DNA of 64,000 nt from the NCBI GenBank assembly GCA_900551705.1, contig URWY01000004.1, positions 15 to 64,014 on the forward strand. The letters are read 5' to 3'. The position numbers were made by a program, and so were the translations under genes. This document shows positions 58,818 to 64,000 of the stretch, piece after piece; positions within the stretch are counted from its first letter, which is position 1, and the number at the start of each line of letters is the position of its first letter. Origin of the DNA: an uncultured Bacillota bacterium. GTDB taxonomy: Bacteria; Bacillota; Clostridia; Christensenellales; UBA1242. The notes beneath the pieces were generated by a model. The model made no database searches. It was given only the letters and a program-made list of their open reading frames with translations, and was not told the DNA's origin.

Positions 58818-58902
58818 TTAAGTGTTCGCAAATGTGTTTTGTGAACGCTAATTTGGCATGTCACAAAACATATAAATGGATTAAAAGTTTCTATATATAA
58901 TC

Positions 58903-58948
58903 TTACCCGTTGGTATGTTTTGATGGAATATATCAACGGGTAATTTTT
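58903..58948 (+). terminator. Terminator-like hairpin (possible attenuator) just upstream of the peptidase SD
   Basis: 10-bp stem TTACCCGTTG/CAACGGGTAA, 21-nt loop, then T5. The peptidase ATG is at 58964. Confidence 0.5.
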
Positions 58949-58963
58949 ATATTAGGAGTATAT

Positions 58964-60064
58964 ATGGAAAAATTAAAATTTATTAAAGATTTAATATCTA
59001 TAAAGAGTTTTGACACAAAACAAAATAAAGAAATAATAACTTATTTAGAAAAACAATTTTCGCCTATTGCGAAAGAAATAATAAAAATAAAAAATAAAAA
59101 TAATGATTGCGAAAATATGTTAATCGGACTTAACACAAAACTGGAAAATGCGCGCAATGCAATCGTGCTGTCTGGACACATTGACACGGTGATTGCAGAC
59201 GAAAAGGAATACAAAACCAATCCTTACCAACCAACGCAAATTGGCGATAAAATTTTTGGGCTTGGCGCAATAGATATGAAAAGTTTTTTCGCTTGTATTT
59301 TAAATAATGCAAAAGAATTATTAGAATTAAATTCACCAATTATAATAGCAATTACAAGTGACGAAGAAACAGCGCTCACAGGCGTAAGTGCATTGACAGA
59401 TTTAATGAGAGAGCTAAAAATAATACCAAAATTTACAATAGTTGGAGAGCCAACCAACATGGAAATTTGCACACTTAGTAAATCTTGTTATGAATTTCAT
59501 GTAGATTTTTATGGCAAAAGTTGCCACAGCGGCAATCCGAGTTTGGGTATAAATTCTAATGTTATTGCTGCGAAATTGGTTTTATACATTTCAAAATTAT
59601 GTAAGAAATATAAAGATACAACTTTGTCGCCAAATGTTATTCAAGGCGGCGAGAAAGTCAATATAATTCCAAATTATTGTAAAATATTTTTTGATTTGCG
59701 CTCAAATAAAATGAAAAATAAAGAACAAATATTGAAAAAAATACAAAAATACGCAAAAAAACTCGAAAAAAATAATTTTGGAGCGAAAATTGCAATTTCA
59801 AATTCACTTGAAATTTTGCCTCTTGAAAATAAAAAGAACAAAATCAAAAAAGAGATTTTAAAAGTTTTTTCTTTAAAAGAAAGTTCTTTTACAGGCGGTT
59901 GCGAAGCAGGGTATTATCAAGCGCTCGGCGGAGATGCAATCGTATTTGGAGTTGGCGACTTATCACTTGCGCACAAACCAAACGAATTTGTTAATATAAA
60001 CGAATTTTTAACTTATAATGATTTGTTATTAAATGTTATACAATTTGTGGACAACAAAAATTAA
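58964..60064 (+). CDS. M20-family metallopeptidase (ArgE/DapE-like deacylase)
   Basis: Start set at MEKLKF (ATG 58964) behind AGGAG. LSGHIDTV, GLGAIDMKS and EET...GEPT motifs. Confidence 0.85.
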   Translation: MEKLKFIKDLISIKSFDTKQNKEIITYLEKQFSPIAKEIIKIKNKNNDCENMLIGLNTKLENARNAIVLSGHIDTVIADEKEYKTNPYQPTQIGDKIFGLGAIDMKSFFACILNNAKELLELNSPIIIAITSDEETALTGVSALTDLMRELKIIPKFTIVGEPTNMEICTLSKSCYEFHVDFYGKSCHSGNPSLGINSNVIAAKLVLYISKLCKKYKDTTLSPNVIQGGEKVNIIPNYCKIFFDLRSNKMKNKEQILKKIQKYAKKLEKNNFGAKIAISNSLEILPLENKKNKIKKEILKVFSLKESSFTGGCEAGYYQALGGDAIVFGVGDLSLAHKPNEFVNINEFLTYNDLLLNVIQFVDNKN

Positions 60065-60066
60065 TA

Positions 60067-60090
60067 AAAGCACCTGCACAGGTGCTTTTT
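60067..60090. terminator. Bidirectional terminator
   Basis: AAAGCACC-TGCACA-GGTGCTTTTT between convergent genes. Confidence 0.6.
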
Positions 60091-60093
60091 GTT

Positions 60094-60699
60094 TTATTTG
60101 TTATCTTCTGGATTTTTAGGCTCTGAGTTGTTATCTTCCGCTTTTTTAATTTCAATATTTGGCAATTCGTTTTCAGGATTTTGTAATTGTTGTTTTGCAA
60201 TATTTTTCACATCTACGCCATAGGCAAGCAAATATGAAATTATAAAGAACGCTAAACCCATAACAAGTCCTGAACTTCCAAAAGAAATGAAATCTTGAAG
60301 TTTGAAACATGCTGCAATAATTGTAGTTACTAACGAAGTCGCGACAGGCACAACAATTCTTAAAAGGCCAAGTTTACGCATTTTAGTAACAACAGTTTCA
60401 TCAAATGGAGTGCCTTTATCTAATTCGTAATTATAAAAGCGGACAACATAAGTGTAGATTGCGATCATAGCGGCACATTCTATCGCGCCGCAAATCACAT
60501 AGCAAAGAGTGATGTTATTATCGTATCCCGCCATTGTTTCTCTAACATAACTTATTGTTTCAATTTGATCGCCAAATACAGCAACAAGTGGAATCGCAAT
60601 AGTGCATAGGACACAACCGATTATGCTGCAAACCAAAATTATTTGGGCAAGTATTTTAAAAACTTTAAATATTTTTTGAACTCTTTCTAAGCTTTTCAT
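60094..60699 (-). CDS. Polytopic membrane protein with acidic/Pro C-terminal tail
   Basis: Four to five hydrophobic segments. No family recognised. Confidence 0.65.
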   Translation of the reverse strand: MKSLERVQKIFKVFKILAQIILVCSIIGCVLCTIAIPLVAVFGDQIETISYVRETMAGYDNNITLCYVICGAIECAAMIAIYTYVVRFYNYELDKGTPFDETVVTKMRKLGLLRIVVPVATSLVTTIIAACFKLQDFISFGSSGLVMGLAFFIISYLLAYGVDVKNIAKQQLQNPENELPNIEIKKAEDNNSEPKNPEDNK

Positions 60700-60713
60700 A
60701 ATTATCTCCTTAA

Positions 60714-61613
60714 TTAATTTTCATAAAAATTTAACACATCTTGATAAACCAATTTGTTGTCTTTTTCATTCAAAATTTCGTGACGCATATTATCATATAG
60801 TTTTGATTTGACATTTTTATAACCTAATTTTTTTAGAAAATTAATTAATTTATTAAACTTATTTTCATTTTGTATCACAGGGTCATCTTTTCCAGCAATC
60901 ACAAAAATTGGGAGCGTTGCATTTTGCATTTCCCAGTCTTTTTTATCAAAAGCACCTTTCATTAATTTGAATAAATTTATAAAACCATTTGTTGTGAAAA
61001 CAAAACCGCAATATTCGTCTTTGTTATAATTTTCAACAGTTTCTAAATTTGAGCAAATCCATTCGTTATCAAGTTTTAAATTTTTATTATAATTACCAAA
61101 AGTCATTTTGTTCAAAAATTTATTTGCTCTATTTTTTCCATAAAATGGTTTTAAAGTTTTCGCAAGACAAATCGCAAAGCCTGTTAATTTGTTTTCAGTT
61201 GGTGGTCCACACAATACTATTTTTGAAATATCTTCATCATACTTTTTTAGATAATTTCTAGCAACAAGCGTTCCCATGCTATGGCTAAAAAGCATAACTT
61301 TTAAATTTGGATATTTTTCTTTCATATATTCTGTTATTTGATGCAAGTCATCAACAATGTAATTTATATTTTCGGTGTAAAAATATCCTAAATCATTTTT
61401 ATCTTTAACACTTTTCCCGTGTCCACGATGATCATGTATAACGCAGATGTATCCATGGTCAGACAAATATTTCATGAAGTCGAAATATCTTTCTTTATGC
61501 TCAGCCATGCCATGCGAAAATTGTATTATGCCTTTTGCGTTATCTTTTGGCTCAAATATTGCGAGTTCTAATTCTATATCATCATTTTCAGATTTGATTT
61601 TTTCAATTTTCAT
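60714..61613 (-). CDS. Alpha/beta hydrolase (lysophospholipase/monoacylglycerol lipase-like)
   Basis: HGMAEH, nucleophile elbow FSHSMGT, and C-terminal D...H. Confidence 0.85.
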   Translation of the reverse strand: MKIEKIKSENDDIELELAIFEPKDNAKGIIQFSHGMAEHKERYFDFMKYLSDHGYICVIHDHRGHGKSVKDKNDLGYFYTENINYIVDDLHQITEYMKEKYPNLKVMLFSHSMGTLVARNYLKKYDEDISKIVLCGPPTENKLTGFAICLAKTLKPFYGKNRANKFLNKMTFGNYNKNLKLDNEWICSNLETVENYNKDEYCGFVFTTNGFINLFKLMKGAFDKKDWEMQNATLPIFVIAGKDDPVIQNENKFNKLINFLKKLGYKNVKSKLYDNMRHEILNEKDNKLVYQDVLNFYEN

Positions 61614-61792
61614 AGATCCTCCAATAAAACATTAATATTATATCATAAGTTTTTATTTATTTTCAAACAGAAACAAATATAAAAAAGCATTCGACAAAAA
61701 AATATTTATTCCTAACGCGCTCTCAAGATTAGCGGGTCGTGCTACCGCGCATATACGCGACGATTTGCAAGTTAAGTTGCAATATAACACAC

Positions 61793-61834
61793 GCAGAAAA
61801 AAAAGAGAGAATGCTAACGCACTCTCTTTTTTTT
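61793..61834. terminator. Bidirectional terminator flanking tRNA-mimic element copy 1
   Basis: Stem AAGAGAG/CTCTCTT with an inner TGC/GCA stem. A8 upstream and T8 downstream, so it works on either strand. Confidence 0.6.
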
Positions 61835-61836
61835 CT

Positions 61837-61957
61837 TGGCGCAGAGAGGGGGATTTGCTTCGCTTTGAAAGTTGTTCTTCGCGGGTCGATGCACGCTTTC
61901 ATGCCGGCACTAAAAAACTTGCCAATGGCAACTGTTTTTACGCTTAGTTCAAATCCT
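61837..61957 (-). repeat. tRNA-3'-end-mimic element, copy 1 (associated with tRNA-Ser)
   Basis: About 120 nt. In minus-strand sense it ends ...CAAATCCCCCTCTCTGCGCCA: the last 11 nt are identical, and 17 of the last 20 match, the 3' end of the adjacent tRNA-Ser including CCA. It starts AGGATTTG, the complement of its own CAAATCC. The core aligns with copy 2. Confidence 0.55.
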
Positions 61958-62097
61958 AATAACAATACATTTCCAACAAAATTTTTCTTCGTGGAAACAA
62001 CTTCGCACGAGAGTACCGACCGAAATTGCTTAGCCAATTTCGCGTTTGGTCGGTAAAAAGGAAATTGCGTGCGAAAGAGCGATGTATTTTTTTTTGC
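61958..62097 (-). ncRNA. GC-rich, highly structured spacer between tRNA-Ser and element copy 1 (candidate ncRNA; strand uncertain)
   Basis: Nested perfect stems: TTCGCACG/CGTGCGAA, TACCGACC/GGTCGGTA, CGAAATTG/CAATTTCG, plus TTTCCA/TGGAAA. GC content is visibly above the surroundings. Overlapping ORFs on both strands look like artefacts. Confidence 0.35.
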
Positions 62098-62122
62098 AAA
62101 AAAAAATCGAGCAAAAGCCCGA
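62098..62122 (-). terminator. Terminator of tRNA-Ser
   Basis: Minus strand: TCGGGC-TTTT-GCTCGA (one G-U pair, which would be an A-C mismatch on the plus strand) followed by T9. Confidence 0.6.
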
Positions 62123-62135
62123 CAATTTCTCTTTT

Positions 62136-62225
62136 TGGCGCAGAGAAGAGGATTCGAACCTCCGGAACCTGTTACAGTTCGCACGCTTTCCAAGCGTGTG
62201 CCTTAAACCGCTCGACCATCTCTGC
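62136..62225 (-). tRNA. tRNA-Ser (anticodon GGA), CCA encoded
   Basis: Cloverleaf by hand: acceptor GCAGAGA/TCTCTGC, anticodon stem CACGC/GCGTG with loop TTGGAAA, long variable arm, T-arm GGAGGTTCGAATCCTCT, 3' GCCA. Confidence 0.92.
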
Positions 62226-62255
62226 AAAATGGCTATAACGCCCTAAAACGAAGGT

Positions 62256-62284
62256 AGTATATCACACAAATTTAATTTAGTAAA
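62256..62284 (-). promoter_or_regulatory. Candidate promoter of tRNA-Ser
   Basis: Minus strand reads TTTACT-17 nt-TATACT, about 30 nt upstream of the tRNA 5' end. Confidence 0.4.
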
Positions 62285-62319
62285 TAATTTTAATTAAAAA
62301 AGATAATTGAATTAATGTT

Positions 62320-63297
62320 TTATATATGATTATATTTTTCATCTCTTAGTTTGTATGTTTTAGTTAATGAGTTACACATCATTGAGTTTGCACTTTTAAT
62401 TTTTGTTGCGACTTCATTATAACTTTTTGTGAAGTCAACTGGCACTGATATATTTCTTCTTTGACAAATTAATATGTCGCCATTTGCATTGATTTCGGTA
62501 TACATATTTCCGCAAGCGCCGTGAGTGCAAATATCATCACAAAACCTAATTTCAAAGTTGTCATCAAAGTATAAATCAGTTCGCCCTTTGTGCGGATTGT
62601 TTATAGTTTTTGTTGCCAAGGTTACATATTTGGTAAAAATATAATAATACCAATTTGATTCTGCTTGATTTGTTTTGAAGTCGTCTGCTATATCATTTCT
62701 TAGATTTAAGTTTCTACTATCAGTATCGTTTAACTTAATTATTTTAATTCTATTAATTCCACTATCTCTTGTAAACTGAATAAGTTTGTCTATATCTTTA
62801 TAATTGAATTTTGTTACTACGGTGTTTAACACAACTCCCATAATCTTGCTTGCATATTTTATGTTTTCAAGAATTTGATCTAAACTTGCTTTATTTGTCA
62901 ACACATTTGGTTTAGATTGTTTTGTAAAAATGGAATCAATTCCAATTTTTAGAGAATAGACGCCATGCGCTTTTAATTCGTCTATTTTCTCTTTTGTCAA
63001 TAATGTTGCATTTGTGTTTAACCTTATTTTGCAATTAAGTTTTTTTAATTCATCAATTATTTTAATTAAGTCCTTATGAAGCGTTGGTTCGCCGCCAGTA
63101 ATATTGATAAAATCAACCTTAACATTATTTTTAATAATAAATTCAACCATTTGTTTTATGTATTCATAACTTAAAAATTGTCTTTTACAACCAATTTTTT
63201 GACCTTCATTATGACAATAAAAACAAGATAAATTGCAAGCATTTGTTAAGGCTATTCTTAATTTGTTTTGATTAAATAATTCTACTTTTTCTGACAT
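62320..63297 (-). CDS. Radical SAM protein, MoaA/NirJ-like
   Basis: Start set at MSEKVELF (ATG 63297) behind GGGAG. CNLSCFYCHNEG (CxxxCxxC), GGEPTLH, and a C-terminal Cys cluster FCDDICTHGACGN...NGDILIC resembling the MoaA auxiliary cluster region. Confidence 0.85.
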   Translation of the reverse strand: MSEKVELFNQNKLRIALTNACNLSCFYCHNEGQKIGCKRQFLSYEYIKQMVEFIIKNNVKVDFINITGGEPTLHKDLIKIIDELKKLNCKIRLNTNATLLTKEKIDELKAHGVYSLKIGIDSIFTKQSKPNVLTNKASLDQILENIKYASKIMGVVLNTVVTKFNYKDIDKLIQFTRDSGINRIKIIKLNDTDSRNLNLRNDIADDFKTNQAESNWYYYIFTKYVTLATKTINNPHKGRTDLYFDDNFEIRFCDDICTHGACGNMYTEINANGDILICQRRNISVPVDFTKSYNEVATKIKSANSMMCNSLTKTYKLRDEKYNHI

Positions 63298-63631
63298 ATA
63301 ATTAACTCCCATTTTGTGATGTTAAGTATAAGTCGATTAGTTATATTAATCAAATACATATCTATTATAAGAGTTATAATTCGTAGTTATATAAGAATGA
63401 AAATCATAGCAAATTTTTAATTACATTAAACAATACAATCTTAACTTAGTTTTTTAATGAAAAAAGAACAAAGAAGAAATAATAAAACTGTATAATAATT
63501 TATATTATATAGAAGAGTAAAAATCGCACCCAAAATATACCCAAAAAAATTACGCAAAAGTGCAAAATTTTAACAAAAATTCAATTTTTCAAGAAAATAA
63601 AAAAAGTGCTATATGCGCCTATTTTAGGGTG

Positions 63632-63756
63632 TGGTGCGGATAAAGGGACTCGCTCCGCTTTGAGAGTATTGCGTTGCAGGTCGATGCTCGCTATCACGCC
63701 GGCGCTAAAAAACTTGCCACTGGCAACTTTTTCTTAACGCTTAGTTCGAGTCCTTT
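63632..63756 (-). repeat. tRNA-3'-end-mimic element, copy 2 (associated with tRNA-Leu)
   Basis: In minus-strand sense it ends CGAGTCCCTTTATCCGCACCA, identical over 21 nt to the 3' end of the adjacent tRNA-Leu including CCA. It starts AAAGGACTCG, the complement of its own 3' stem. The core aligns with copy 1. Confidence 0.55.
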
Positions 63757-63785
63757 CTGTTTTAGCAAATAGCAAAAAAAAGTAT

Positions 63786-63805
63786 AAAAAAACACCCAAT
63801 GGGTG
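63786..63805 (-). terminator. Terminator of tRNA-Leu
   Basis: Minus strand: CACCC-ATT-GGGTG immediately after CCA, followed by T7. Confidence 0.55.
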
Positions 63806-63888
63806 TGGTGCGGATAAAGGGACTCGAACCCCCACGGTCGCCCACCAGATCCTAAGTCTGGCGCGTCTACCAATTTCGCCATATCCGC
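63806..63888 (-). tRNA. tRNA-Leu (anticodon UAG), CCA encoded
   Basis: Acceptor GCGGATA/TATCCGC, anticodon stem CCAGA/TCTGG with loop CTTAGGA, long variable arm, T-loop TTCGAGT, 3' ACCA. Confidence 0.92.
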
Positions 63889-63899
63889 TTGCGAGTGTT

Positions 63900-63928
63900 A
63901 TATTATCACAATATGCGGCTGGTGTCAA
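63900..63928 (-). promoter_or_regulatory. Promoter of tRNA-Leu
   Basis: Minus strand reads TTGACA-17 nt-TAATAT with an upstream TGTGA, about 12 nt before the tRNA 5' end. Confidence 0.55.
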
Positions 63929-64000
63929 CTAATTTGTTTTTTGCTTGCTGTTTTTTCTTGATTATTCCTTTCAAATTTGATATTATCTTTGTTGGACGAA

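Noticed and set aside
58725-58963. T-box or known riboswitch upstream of the M20 peptidase
   Set aside because: No T-box 14-mer-like sequence, specifier-loop architecture or riboswitch core that I recognise. It is kept as an unclassified leader or attenuator. The alternative 19-codon uORF starting at ATG 58758 lies only about 4 nt after the -10 element and is probably not within the transcript.
61715-62136. Identity of the GC-rich region as tmRNA, SRP RNA, 6S RNA or RNase P RNA
   Set aside because: I could not find the hallmark strings: a tmRNA 5' GGGG acceptor partner and tag ORF, the SRP GGAAGCAG domain IV motif, or the 6S long central-bubble hairpin length. The acceptor-like 3' ends also have no complementary 5' strand.
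61729-62246. Five overlapping ORFs of 60-154 aa on both strands
   Set aside because: They cover tRNA-Ser, its terminator, the structured spacer and the mimic element. They mutually overlap, lack SDs and arise from locally GC-rich non-coding sequence.
63694-63928. ORFs 63694..63882 and 63734..63928 (-)
   Set aside because: These are translations across tRNA-Leu and its flanks (the GFESL-type peptide is a classic tRNA T-arm artefact).
1-64000. CRISPR arrays, cas genes, transposases, integrases, prophage or toxin-antitoxin modules
   Set aside because: I scanned the ORF translations and intergenic regions. I found no regularly spaced direct repeats, no DDE, tyrosine or serine recombinase motifs, and no phage structural genes. 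The only regular repeats are the three parS sites and the phased A-tracts.

Overview
Visibly AT-rich chromosomal window from an endospore-forming, low-GC Firmicute (Clostridia-like; species not identifiable from the sequence). spoIVA, sigH, a Spo0A-C-domain protein, ricT/yaaT, veg and whiA are all present. The gene content looks origin-proximal. A minus-strand block mnmE-mnmG-rsmG-parA-parB ends in three tandem perfect parS palindromes. ychF and dnaN lie a few kb away on the plus strand, but dnaA, rpmH, rnpA, yidC and jag are absent. The window opens inside a 23S rRNA gene (minus strand) that has its own promoter and leader and no 16S upstream. The rest is mostly housekeeping: rsmA, tatD, holB, rsmI, uvrC, murB, dnaE, ftsH, uppP, mnmA, dnaG, sigA, cls, phosphoketolase. 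I found no CRISPR array, transposase, integrase or prophage. The most unusual region is 61.7-63.9 kb. It holds two tRNA genes (Ser-GGA and Leu-UAG, minus strand). After its own terminator, each is followed by a conserved element of about 120 nt whose end copies the 3' end (through CCA) of that particular tRNA. The other end of each element carries the inverted complement of the tRNA T-arm segment. These elements, with extra GC-rich structured sequence, bracket an orphan MoaA-like radical SAM gene. Other points of interest: (1) a consensus promoter, 11-codon uORF and terminator-like hairpin ahead of an M20 peptidase gene; (2) three paralogous TasA/camelysin-like secreted proteins, two of them flanking spoIVA; (3) an internally duplicated Cys-rich mini membrane protein; (4) a Spo0A-like protein with a degenerate receiver domain; (5) a fibre-like 636-aa orphan protein; (6) a divergent ThyX-like protein paired with a LysR regulator. 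All calls are by-eye motif recognition on the supplied ORF track. No database search was run.
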